Origin: Candidatus Solincola daggyaiensis
GTDB taxonomy: Bacteria > Actinomycetota > Geothermincolia > Geothermincolales > RBG-13-55-18
Length of the DNA stretch: 59,596 bases
Direction of reading: 5' to 3'
NCBI GenBank assembly: GCA_015711825.1
Contig: JACVJD010000003.1
Location: forward strand, 1-59,596
The translations under genes were made by a program, and so were the position numbers. Under the pieces are notes generated by a model, which saw only the letters and a program-made list of their open reading frames with translations, was not told the DNA's origin and searched no databases. Shown here in pieces: positions 26,059 to 35,506 of this stretch (position 1 is the first letter of the stretch; each line of letters begins with the position of its first letter).

Positions 26059-27708
26059 CTATTCTTCGCGGAAAGCCCGGGACAGCTCCACCACGCGGCG
26101 GTACTCCTCCACCTGGCGCCTTTTCTCCTCTTCCTCCCAGCCCAGCTCGCGCCCCAGCAGCTCCGCCACCCGCTCCGCGCATCCCAGGCCTTGCTCGCGG
26201 TCCTCGTAGTAGATGAGGCTGCGCCGCACCATGAAGTCGGCGAGTGAGACCACCATCTCCTCGCGCGCCGAGTAAACGACCTCCGCCTCTACATAGGGGA
26301 TTTCCTCCCCCAGCCGCCTGCAAAGCGACGGGTCCTCGGAGAGCATGCCCAGGACCCGCACCGCTCCCGTGCCCAGGAGCTGCAGCTTATCGACGATGTC
26401 CCCGTCCAGGCGCACCTCGCGCGCCAACCTCTCCAGGCGCCGGGGGAAATCCCTCCCGTCCTTTCCGAACACCGGGGCCCGCTTGGTGGCGCATGCGCCC
26501 GCCCTGACGCCATGACGCTCTTCCAGGCGCCTCGCCGCCAGGTCGATGAGCTCCTCGGCCATGGAGCGGGCGGTGGTCAGCTTGCCGCCGGCGATGGAGA
26601 TGAGTCCGGAGTGGCTCTCGTAGATGGAGTGCTCCCTGGAAACCTGGCTCTCCTTGACGTCCTTGCCTCCACCCTCCACCACCAGGGGGCGCAAACCGGC
26701 ATAGGTGCTGATGACGTCGTGGCGGTCGAGACGCGCCCTGGGTAGAGCGTGGTTGGCCGCCTCCAGGATGTAGTCCACGTCCTCGCCCGATGCCCTGATG
26801 CGGTCGTAATCGCCGTCGTAATCGGTGTCCGTGGTGCCGATGAGCGCGTAGTTCCCCCAGGGCACCAGAAAAAGCAAGCGCTGGTCTTGGGGAGACATGA
26901 TGGGAAGGGCGTTGTGAGCCCTCACTCTTTCCCAAGGGACGATGACGTGGGAGCCCTTGGTGGGACGCAACTTGGGCAGGGCGGCGGGGTCGTCGAGGCG
27001 GCAGACCGCGTCCGTCCAGGGTCCCGTGCAGTTGAGGACCACCCTGGCCTCGACGTCGAACTCTCCGCCCCCCACCTCGTCTTTGACCCTGGCGCCCCTT
27101 ACCCTTCCCTTCTCGCTCAGCAGCTCCACCACCCGGGCGTAACTGAGGCACAGCGCCCCTTCCAAATGGGCGGACTGGACATGCGAGAGGGTGAGGCGGG
27201 CGTCGTCGGTGGAGCAATCGTAGAACTGTCCGCCTCCCTTGAGGCGCGAGGCGTCCAGCTCCGGCTCCACCTCCAGGATACGCTTCTTGCCGTGCAACTG
27301 GTGATTCTGCACGTTGCGGAAAAGAGCCAGGAGGTCGTACAGCCATAGGCCCATGGCGATAACGAAGAGCGGGTTCTTGTCCCCTTTATATACGGGGAAG
27401 ATGAAGGGCTGTGGCCAGACCACGTGAGGCGCGTTGAGCAACAGGCGCCGTCTCTCCCGGCAGGCCTCGAAGACCAGCTTGAAGTCGAAGAGCTCGAGGT
27501 AGCGCAGGCCCCCGTGCACCAGCTTGGAGGAACGGGACGAGGTGCCGAAGGCCCAGTCGTTCTTCTCCACCAGGGCCACGGACAATCCGCGCCGAGCGGC
27601 GTCGCGAGCCGCGCAGGCGCCGGTTATCCCCCCGCCGATGACCAGAACGTCGAACACCGCGGCCTGGGCATCCTCGATGAACTGATTTCTTTGCCGTGAT
27701 GAGAACAT
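26059..27708 (-). CDS. FAD-dependent glycerol-3-phosphate dehydrogenase
   Basis: 549 aa. DVLVIGGGITGAC dinucleotide motif, GGKLTT, C-terminal helical domain. Confidence 0.85.
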   Translation of the reverse strand: MFSSRQRNQFIEDAQAAVFDVLVIGGGITGACAARDAARRGLSVALVEKNDWAFGTSSRSSKLVHGGLRYLELFDFKLVFEACRERRRLLLNAPHVVWPQPFIFPVYKGDKNPLFVIAMGLWLYDLLALFRNVQNHQLHGKKRILEVEPELDASRLKGGGQFYDCSTDDARLTLSHVQSAHLEGALCLSYARVVELLSEKGRVRGARVKDEVGGGEFDVEARVVLNCTGPWTDAVCRLDDPAALPKLRPTKGSHVIVPWERVRAHNALPIMSPQDQRLLFLVPWGNYALIGTTDTDYDGDYDRIRASGEDVDYILEAANHALPRARLDRHDVISTYAGLRPLVVEGGGKDVKESQVSREHSIYESHSGLISIAGGKLTTARSMAEELIDLAARRLEERHGVRAGACATKRAPVFGKDGRDFPRRLERLAREVRLDGDIVDKLQLLGTGAVRVLGMLSEDPSLCRRLGEEIPYVEAEVVYSAREEMVVSLADFMVRRSLIYYEDREQGLGCAERVAELLGRELGWEEEEKRRQVEEYRRVVELSRAFREE

Positions 27709-28017
27709 CTTTTTCCGCTCCTTCCGTTATCGCCTGGGCGATATCGGCACTCTCTCCAGGCTCCCGGACGTCCTCCCGTTTCCCGGGCCTTCCGGCAGAG
27801 GCCACCTACAAGTATATCAGGGAGCCCGCGGCGGGGACCTTGAGGGCGGGCTTCGCTTAAGCGCCTTTTGCTCCCCAGGATCCTTGCCGGGCGCATGAGC
27901 GGCACCTCCGACCTGATGTATAATGTCGTCAAACCATGTAACCTCATCGCGGCACGGCGGCACCGGCGGCAGTTTTCGCACCACGATTGCACAGGTCCAT
28001 GGCGGGAGCGTGGCATA

Positions 28018-29313
28018 ATGCGCAGGCACATCATCCAGGAGATAGCGCGCTCGGTGGTGGCGGCGGGGGGCGTGGAGAACGTCATCAGGGCCTTGGTGGA
28101 ATCCACCGCCCGCGGCGCCGAGGCCGAGGGCTGCTCCCTCTTCACCGTGCGCGGGGGCGGAGGGGGGCTTGAGCACCGCATAAGCTGCGGCGTGGGCGAA
28201 GAAGTCCTGCCCGCCGACCGTCTGCTGGCGCCGGAGGCCATGCGCCAGATCCTAAAAGGCAGCGCTCTCTTCATATGGGATACGCAAAGCGACCCCAGGG
28301 TGACGGAGCGAGAGCGTCTTTCCCGCTTGGGAATATATTCCATAGTGCTTCTTCCCTTTCGCAGCCAGGAGCAGATCCGCGGCGTGATGTGCCTCTTCTT
28401 TTCCCGCGAAAGGAAATTCGACCGCGAGGAGCTGGATTTTCTCGAATCCCTGGCCGAGTTGGGGGGGATGATCCTGGAGATGGCGGAGACCAGGGAAAGC
28501 CTGGCCAGGGACGCGGAGGAGGCGCGGCGCGATCTTGCCCGCGCCATGGATGAGCGCCGCCACTTCCTCAGCTTTCTCTCCATGGTCGCCCACGACCTCA
28601 AATCTCCCCTGGTGGCGGTGCAGGGTTACCTTAAGATGCTCCTGCGCAAGGGCTCCGATTCCCTGGACGAGCGCCTGCTCAACGGCGTGCGCCGAAGCAT
28701 CCAGCGCATCGACGGCATGATGGAGCTCATCAGCGACCTTCTGGAGCTCTCGCGCATCGAGAGCGGCCAGGTGGTGGCGGAGTTCAAGACCGTCTCCTGG
28801 GAGGAGGTCCTCTCCGCCGCGGTGGAGATGGCCCACGAGCTGGCGGAGCCCAAAGGCATAACGGTGGTTACGGACATCAAGCGCCCCCTGCCCGAGGTTT
28901 TCGCCTCCGATATCAGGCTGCAGCAGCTGATCCTGAACCTGGTCTCCAATTCCGTGCGCTACACGCCGCGCGGCGGCAGGATCACCATCCGCGCGGGACG
29001 CGAAGACGACGCCGTGAAGGTGAGCGTGGAGGACGAAGGGTCGGGCATCGACCCCGAACAGCTGCCGCACGTTTTCGAGGAGTTCTATAAAGGGGACCCG
29101 GAGGCGACGGAGGGAACCGGCCTGGGGCTTTCCATCTGCAAGCGCATCGTGGACATGCATCGGGGGGAGATCGAGGCCGAGAGCCCGGTGCCGGAGACCG
29201 GCAGGGGCACGCGGGTCAGCTTCACCATACCGGTGGGCGTGACCTGCACCCTGGGTGAAAAGTGGCTGGCCGACGTCCGACCATCCATGGCGGAAAGGGC
29301 GGTCGGTAAATGA
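28018..29313 (+). CDS. Cytoplasmic GAF-domain sensor histidine kinase
   Basis: Start taken at ATG 28018. N-terminal GAF-like region, H-box SMVAHDLKSPL, G-boxes DEGSGI and GTGLGLSICK. No TM helices. Confidence 0.85.
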   Translation: MRRHIIQEIARSVVAAGGVENVIRALVESTARGAEAEGCSLFTVRGGGGGLEHRISCGVGEEVLPADRLLAPEAMRQILKGSALFIWDTQSDPRVTERERLSRLGIYSIVLLPFRSQEQIRGVMCLFFSRERKFDREELDFLESLAELGGMILEMAETRESLARDAEEARRDLARAMDERRHFLSFLSMVAHDLKSPLVAVQGYLKMLLRKGSDSLDERLLNGVRRSIQRIDGMMELISDLLELSRIESGQVVAEFKTVSWEEVLSAAVEMAHELAEPKGITVVTDIKRPLPEVFASDIRLQQLILNLVSNSVRYTPRGGRITIRAGREDDAVKVSVEDEGSGIDPEQLPHVFEEFYKGDPEATEGTGLGLSICKRIVDMHRGEIEAESPVPETGRGTRVSFTIPVGVTCTLGEKWLADVRPSMAERAVGK

Positions 29314-29643
29314 CGCCCCATGGCGGGTGTCGGCGGAAAAGGCCGGCATCAAGGCGGATCAGGAACCGGTTCTTTCAGGTTCTTTCCCCTGAAGTGCGGG
29401 CAAGAGTCGATGGCCATGAGGCGGCGGCCGCGAAAAGGAGGCGGTCGAGGCCCGGGCGACATGCTCTCTTCTCCCGCTAAGCCATGATGCACGGAGGTCA
29501 TGCCGGCGCGCCGGAGAGCGTTTGCTCGTCTCCTTACCTTACCCCCCAGGCGGGATAACGGGATATAATCTTGGCTGAACGTGGCCGACGGCGGGAAGCC
29601 GAGGGGTAGCGGTTTGATCCAAAAAGCGAACGGGAGGAAGCGG

Positions 29644-30045
29644 ATGGGCGAGAAGATCCTGCTTGCGGACGATGACCCGGACGTCATCGAGGTGGTTTCC
29701 ATGATCCTCGAGGAGGAGGGCTACGAGATCGTCACCGCGAAAGACGGCTCGGAGGCCCTGGAGAAAATCAAGCTGGAAAGCCCGGACCTGATCATCCTCG
29801 ACCTCCTCATGCCCCACGTGGACGGATTCGCGGTCATGGACATGTTGCGTGACCCGCGCTACCAGCGTTGGTCCGACATACCCGTGGTCATCCTGACCTC
29901 GGTGCGGGAGGAGGTGAGCAGGCGCCGCTACGAGCTGGAGACGGGCCGCCCCATGGAATACGCGGCCTACCTGGACAAGCCCCCCGATCCCGACCAGCTC
30001 CTGGAGACGGTGGCCGCCCTGCTCAAATCGGGTCATGGTAATTGA
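29644..30045 (+). CDS. Single-domain (CheY-like) response regulator
   Basis: 133 aa from ATG 29644. ILLADDDPD, phospho-acceptor context LIILDLLMP, no output domain. Confidence 0.85.
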   Translation: MGEKILLADDDPDVIEVVSMILEEEGYEIVTAKDGSEALEKIKLESPDLIILDLLMPHVDGFAVMDMLRDPRYQRWSDIPVVILTSVREEVSRRRYELETGRPMEYAAYLDKPPDPDQLLETVAALLKSGHGN

Positions 30046-30186
30046 TGGTAGATGGCAGGCCGACCGCCCCGGGAGTTGGCTTGCGCCGGACCTTCGAGAT
30101 ACCTGCAAACGGAGCGGCAGCCAGGGGACCCGTTACGCTTGCGTGCAAAGTGCCGGCAGCTACGCTGAGGCGCTTTGTGCCGGCTT

Positions 30187-30213
30187 CCGCCCCGGGGCGG
30201 TCGTCTCGTTTTG
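30187..30213 (+). terminator. Terminator-like hairpin plus T-rich tail in the thiM leader (possible attenuator)
   Basis: CCGCC-CCGG-GGCGG followed by TCGTCTCGTTTTG, 19 nt before the thiM GTG start. Confidence 0.3.
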
Positions 30214-30231
30214 CGCACGTGGAGGTGGACG

Positions 30232-31059
30232 GTGAACGAGGGTTTCGACAGCGCCGCTTTTCTCGCCGAAAGGCTGGAGTGGATAGCCGCCAACCGGCCG
30301 CTCATCCACCACATCACCAATCTCGTGGTCATGAACGAGACCGCGAATCTCACCTTATGCCTGGGCGCCTCGCCGGTGATGGCCCACGCCGCCGCGGAGG
30401 TGGAGGAGATGGCCGCCCAGGCGGGCGCGCTGGTTCTGAACATGGGGACGCCGTACCCCGAGCTGGAGGAGGCCATGTGCGCCGCCGGCAAGGCGGCAAA
30501 CCGCGCCGGCGTCCCGGTGGTCTTCGACCCCGTGGGTGCGGGGGCCACCGCCTATCGCACCCGCGTTGCGCACCGTCTGTTGGAGGAAGTGCGTTTCGCG
30601 GCGGTACGCGGCAACGCGGCCGAGATCGCTTGCCTGGCGGGGGAGGCGGCGGAGATCCGCGGGGTCGATTCCCTGTCCTTCGCCGGGGACGCCGCCGCCA
30701 TGGCAACGGGCCTCGCGGTCTCCCTCGGGTGCGTGGTGGCGGTGACCGGAAAGACGGACGTGGTTAGCGACGGGTCACGCCTGGCGCGGGTCAACAACGG
30801 ACACGAACTGCTGGGTAAGGTCACGGGAACCGGTTGCATGGCCACCACCGCCGTGGCCGTGCTGCTCGCCTCGGGCGAACCCCACCTCGAGGCCGCCACC
30901 GCCGCCCTGGCCCTGTTCGGGCTCGCGGGAGAGCGCGCCGCGGAATTGGCGGGTACCCCCGGCTCCTTTCACGTGGAAATCTATAACCAAGCATATGAAC
31001 TCGCCTCCGGGCACGCTCCCCTCGCCGGTCTCCGGGTGGAGCTGGAAAACGCCGGGTGA
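30232..31059 (+). CDS. thiM: Hydroxyethylthiazole kinase
   Basis: 275 aa from GTG 30232 (SD GGAGGTGG). HHITNLVVMNETANLTLCLGASPVMA and GTGCMATT motifs. Confidence 0.88.
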   Translation: MNEGFDSAAFLAERLEWIAANRPLIHHITNLVVMNETANLTLCLGASPVMAHAAAEVEEMAAQAGALVLNMGTPYPELEEAMCAAGKAANRAGVPVVFDPVGAGATAYRTRVAHRLLEEVRFAAVRGNAAEIACLAGEAAEIRGVDSLSFAGDAAAMATGLAVSLGCVVAVTGKTDVVSDGSRLARVNNGHELLGKVTGTGCMATTAVAVLLASGEPHLEAATAALALFGLAGERAAELAGTPGSFHVEIYNQAYELASGHAPLAGLRVELENAG

Positions 31060-31572
31060 GCGAACAAGGCGCGGGGTCATGTCGCCAAACCCTCACTGGA
31101 CCGGCACTCCCGGCGGAGTAGTGGCGCACTCCTCACCCGACCGACATCACCGCCCATGACCCCAGGGCTGCCCCCATGGGGCAGATGCGGGGAACAAGGC
31201 GGCCCTACGCCGCCGACCTCGCAAACGCGTCCTTCAAGCGTACCCGTCACGTCCCCGGCGGACCGGCGATGATCCTCTCCGCCTGTTTCCATGCCCGTAC
31301 CTCCCCCGCCGGTCTTCCCGGGAATCGACGGGCCGCAGGACGCACCCCACGTCGCGCCTCGGCCGCCTTAAGCCGGCGAGTTGCGTGTAGGAAAACGGGT
31401 TTGGGGAAAAATAATCTCAAGGTTGCACGCGGCTCGGATGACCACGGAGGATATCGCGTTTCCTGCGCGAGATGCACGGTCGGCGACGGATGCTGCCCGG
31501 ACGGTAATGCGGCTGCATCGTGCAGGGACGCGCGCAGGTTGAGTGGGACGGCCTCAGAGAGGAGGGAAAGGC

Positions 31573-32265
31573 ATGCAGGAAAACGGGCACGAGCGGGGCA
31601 GGAAAAGAGGCGGCGACGACATCGCGGCAGAGGAAACGCAAGAGGAACTGGTAAAGGCCATCGTGGGGATGGAGGAGGAGAAGGCGCTCGCCCTGGCCGA
31701 GGGATTGCTCGAGGGGGGCGCCGACCCCATGCAGGTGCTTTCCTTGTGCCGGCGGGCCATGGAGGCGGTGGGAGAGGGCTTTGAAAGGGGCGAGATGTTC
31801 CTGCCCGACCTCATCATGTCGGGAGAGATCCTCTCGGGTATATCGGAGCTGATCAAGCCCAGGATCAAAGACGAGGGGGAACCTGAAAGGCTGGGAAGGG
31901 TGCTGATGGGCACGGTGGAGGGCGACATCCACGACATAGGCAAGAACATCGTGGTGTTCATGCTCGACGTGAACGGGTTCGAGGTCGTCGACCTGGGGGT
32001 GGACGTGCCGCCGCGCGTTTTCGTGGAGAAGATCTCCGAGCTCAAGCCGGATGTCCTGGGCTTGAGCTGCCTTTTGACGCTCGCCTACGAGGCCATGAAA
32101 CGGACCGTCGAGGCGGTGGAGGAGGCGGGTCTCAGGACAGCAGTAAAGATCATGGTCGGCGGCGGAACAGTGGACGAGCAGGTGCGCGAATACGTCGGGG
32201 CCGACGCCTTCGGCGCCGATGCCGTGGAGGCGGTCTCGCTCGCCAAAGCATGGGTGGGGAGGTGA
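31573..32265 (+). CDS. Cobalamin-binding corrinoid protein (MtaC/MtbC-like)
   Basis: 230 aa from ATG 31573. N-terminal helical cap, then a B12-binding Rossmann domain with DxHxxG (GDIHDIGKN), SxL (LSCLL) and GG (VGGG). Confidence 0.85.
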   Translation: MQENGHERGRKRGGDDIAAEETQEELVKAIVGMEEEKALALAEGLLEGGADPMQVLSLCRRAMEAVGEGFERGEMFLPDLIMSGEILSGISELIKPRIKDEGEPERLGRVLMGTVEGDIHDIGKNIVVFMLDVNGFEVVDLGVDVPPRVFVEKISELKPDVLGLSCLLTLAYEAMKRTVEAVEEAGLRTAVKIMVGGGTVDEQVREYVGADAFGADAVEAVSLAKAWVGR

Positions 32266-32270
32266 CGGGA

Positions 32271-33524
32271 ATGGAGGCCTCTCAGAAAGATCTTTTCCAC
32301 CAAAGGATAGAGCGCGTGAACGCGGCGATAGCCTTGCGAAAACCCGACCGCGTCCCCATGTTCCTCTCCCTGGGGCTTTTCCCGGCGCGTTATGCCGGAA
32401 TAACCTACCAGGAAGCCTTCTACAACCAGGAGAGTTGGCTCGCCGCCAACCGGAAGGTCGTCGAGGATTATCAACCCGACCTGTACTTCCAGCCGGGGGC
32501 GGCGGTGATAACCGGCGGCGCCGTGCATGACCACCTCCAGACCCGGCTGCTCAAACTGCCCGGACGCGAATTGGGCCCGGACGTTCCCTTCCAGTTCGTG
32601 GAAGGAGAGTACATGACCGCGGAAGAATACGACGCCTTCCTGGATGATCCCTCCGACTTCGCCATACGGGTATATACGCCCCGCATTTTCGGGGCCCTCG
32701 AGGGCCTGGCCATGCTCCCGCCGCTCAAGAGCATGGTGATGGGGTATGTCGGAGCGACCATGGTGGGCATGCTCACCCTGCCGCCCCTGGCGGAAGCGCT
32801 GCGGGCGGTGGCGGAAGCCGCCGCCGAGTCCATGCGCTGGACGGCCGGCTATATGGAGTTCGAGGCGCGCATGAACGAACGCGGTTTTCCCGCTTTCAGC
32901 ACCGCCATAACCCTGGCCCCCTTCGACGTCATCTCCGATATGTTGCGCGGCATGCGAGGGGCCATGCTGGACATGTACAGGTGCCCCGATAAGCTTATCG
33001 CGGCGCAGGAGAAGCTGCTGCCCTTGCTCATAGAGGCCGCGGTGACCCAGGCGAAGATGAGCGGCAACCCGCGGGTTTTTATCCCCATGCACCGGGGAGC
33101 CGACGGCTTCATGTCCCTGGAGCAGTTCGATCGCTTCTACTGGCCGTGCTTCCGCGACCTGGTGGAATCCCTTATCCATGCGGATCTCGTCCCCTGCCCA
33201 TTTTTCGAGGGAAGCTACGATCTGCGCATGCACTATCTCGCCAAATTGCCCCCCGGCAGGATAATGGGTATCTTCGACCGTTCCGACCTCTTCAAGGCCA
33301 AAAAAACCATCGGTGAGGTGATGTGCATCGCGGGAGACATGCCCCTTTCGCTGCTGCAGACCGGGACCGCCGAGCAGGTGAGGGAATACGCGCGCAGGCT
33401 CATCGACGAGGTCGGCAGGGATGGGGGGTTCATAATGTGCAGCAACACCGTACTGGACGAGGCCGATCCCGAGCTGGTCAGGGCCTGGGTGGATTTCACC
33501 TTCGAATACGGGACGTACGGTTAG
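32271..33524 (+). CDS. Uroporphyrinogen-decarboxylase-family (MtaA/MtbA-like) methyltransferase
   Basis: 417 aa from ATG 32271, URO-D TIM-barrel-like sequence. It is immediately downstream of, and overlaps the end of, the corrinoid protein gene. Confidence 0.7.
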   Translation: MEASQKDLFHQRIERVNAAIALRKPDRVPMFLSLGLFPARYAGITYQEAFYNQESWLAANRKVVEDYQPDLYFQPGAAVITGGAVHDHLQTRLLKLPGRELGPDVPFQFVEGEYMTAEEYDAFLDDPSDFAIRVYTPRIFGALEGLAMLPPLKSMVMGYVGATMVGMLTLPPLAEALRAVAEAAAESMRWTAGYMEFEARMNERGFPAFSTAITLAPFDVISDMLRGMRGAMLDMYRCPDKLIAAQEKLLPLLIEAAVTQAKMSGNPRVFIPMHRGADGFMSLEQFDRFYWPCFRDLVESLIHADLVPCPFFEGSYDLRMHYLAKLPPGRIMGIFDRSDLFKAKKTIGEVMCIAGDMPLSLLQTGTAEQVREYARRLIDEVGRDGGFIMCSNTVLDEADPELVRAWVDFTFEYGTYG

Positions 33525-33865
33525 GGTGGACCGCCGTTAGGGCGATACGCCGTGCTCACCTGAGCCCAAGGGATCATGCCGGGCGAGCCTTCACCGCAAG
33601 GCCGCTATGGTCCGGTTCAGCGCATGGTTGTCGTCTCACCGCTTGATCAAGCCAAGCGAGCCCCCGTGCGATGCGTTGTCCCCCAAGGCCGCGCCGGTAA
33701 CGGAACTATGGCGTCGAGCGGGGACGGATGTTTCGCGCACGCCCGCCTTTTACCTCAAACGGCCGGGCAAACATCGGGCGAGGGAGCTGGACCAGCGCGT
33801 TTCTTCGATCATGCCGCCCCCTTTCCATGCCACCGCGTGAGAAGTTGCCTTTATTTACCATGGAA

Positions 33866-34957
33866 TCAGCGCGCTTCCGCGATCACGCCGCCGCCCAGCA
33901 CCTCGTCGCCGCGGTAGAGCACGGCGTGCTGGCCGGGGGTAAGGGCCCAGACCCTTTGCGCGAAGCTCAGTTCGAGGGTGTCTCCCGTCACGCGCGCTCG
34001 GCATGGCACAGGGCGGGTGTTGTAGCGCGCCATGGCCTCCGCCTCCATCTCGCCGGCGACCGGGTCACCTGAAATCCAGTGCGCCTCCTCCGCGCGCAGC
34101 CGGATCCCGGGGACCTCGTGCCTTTCCCCCAGGATCACCGCTCGCCGCGCCACATCCAGCGCCACCACGTATAGAGGGCGGGGGGCGGATATCCCAAGCC
34201 CGCGCCTCTGCCCGACGGTGAAAAAGGCTATCCCTTTGTGTTCTCCCAGCTTCCTACCGGAGGTATCCAGCAGGGGACCGGGGTCCATGGCCTCGGGATA
34301 ACGCCGGGAGAGGAAATCCCGGTAGTCCCCTCCGCAAAGGAAGCATATCTCCTGGCTCTCTCCGCCGCGGCGCGAGAGCACACCCGCGGCTCCCGCCCGT
34401 CGCCGCGCCTCCCCTTTGTCTATTCCCTGGTTGGGGAAAACGCAGCGTGAGAGGGTCTCCCGTCCCAGGCGGTAAAGCGCGTAGGACTGGTCCTTGGCCC
34501 GGTCGGTCGCCCGCATAAGGGAAGGAGAGCCGTTTTCTCCACGGCATACGCGCGCGTAATGGCCGGTGGCGATAAAGTCGGTTCCCAGCCCGTCCGCCGC
34601 CTCCATGAGGGCTGGGAACTTCACCCAGCGGTTGCATTCCACGCAGGGATTGGGCGTGCGTCCCCTCAAGTAATCGCGCGCGAAGGGCTCCACCACCAGG
34701 GAGTGAAAGCGCTCTCGCAGGTCTATGACCTGGTGCTCGATGCCCAGCCGGCGCGCTGCTCCGGCAGCGCTCTCCACGGCGGCGAGGGAGCCATGGGGAG
34801 CGTCGCCTTCACATGCGGGTCGGTCCTCCCAAAGGCGGAAGGTCACCCCTATAACGCGGTATCCCTCCCGGAGAAGGCAGGCTGCGGCGGCGGCGGAATC
34901 GACGCCGCCGCTCATGGCCATCACCACGCTTCTCTTGCCGCTGCCGCTCATCTCCAC
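33866..34957 (-). CDS. mnmA: tRNA 2-thiouridine(34) synthase
   Basis: 363 aa. PP-loop AMSGGVDSAAAA, catalytic Cys context NPCVECN, C-terminal barrel. Confidence 0.9.
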   Translation of the reverse strand: MEMSGSGKRSVVMAMSGGVDSAAAAACLLREGYRVIGVTFRLWEDRPACEGDAPHGSLAAVESAAGAARRLGIEHQVIDLRERFHSLVVEPFARDYLRGRTPNPCVECNRWVKFPALMEAADGLGTDFIATGHYARVCRGENGSPSLMRATDRAKDQSYALYRLGRETLSRCVFPNQGIDKGEARRRAGAAGVLSRRGGESQEICFLCGGDYRDFLSRRYPEAMDPGPLLDTSGRKLGEHKGIAFFTVGQRRGLGISAPRPLYVVALDVARRAVILGERHEVPGIRLRAEEAHWISGDPVAGEMEAEAMARYNTRPVPCRARVTGDTLELSFAQRVWALTPGQHAVLYRGDEVLGGGVIAEAR

Positions 34958-35506
34958 CGCCCTTTATGATCATCACGTCGTCGCAGCGATCGCCGGCATG
35001 TCGCATGAAGGCCGTCTTGCCGACCTCCGCCGCGCTTTGAGATCGTCACGGGGTCGCCCGCCCTCGCCGCCCACGCGCGAAACCGCGCCGGCATGGATCC
35101 CGTCGCATCGCCTTCTGGCGGCCGGCCGGAACTGCAAGAACGACGTTGGACCTACAAGAACACTATATACCCATATCCGAGCTCCGCGTGGCCGCCCGGC
35201 TTGATCACGGGACTTCCATACAAAACCGTCAGCAACCCATGGATCGCCTTACGCACGTTGACTTGCGCGTCACCAGCCAATATCTTCTTTAAGGGCGAGG
35301 TAACCGCTTGCTAACCGAAGCGAGGTGGAGAGGCGGCGCGCTGCCGGGCCTGCCATATTAAAGTAGCGCGCGGGCGGGTTCGAATAATAAGGGATGGTTG
35401 TGCGACGGTCTTTAAAAAGAAGGCGGTTAGGCGGCGCGTAACCACATGCAGTGCGCGGATGACGGAGCCCTAAAGAACGCGACGGCGGGAAGGGAACGGT
35501 TGAAGG

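Noticed and set aside
31060-31572. Cobalamin riboswitch ahead of the corrinoid-protein gene
   Set aside because: I could not find a B12 box (AGYCMGGAGACCKGCC-like) or the GCCACUG core on either strand.
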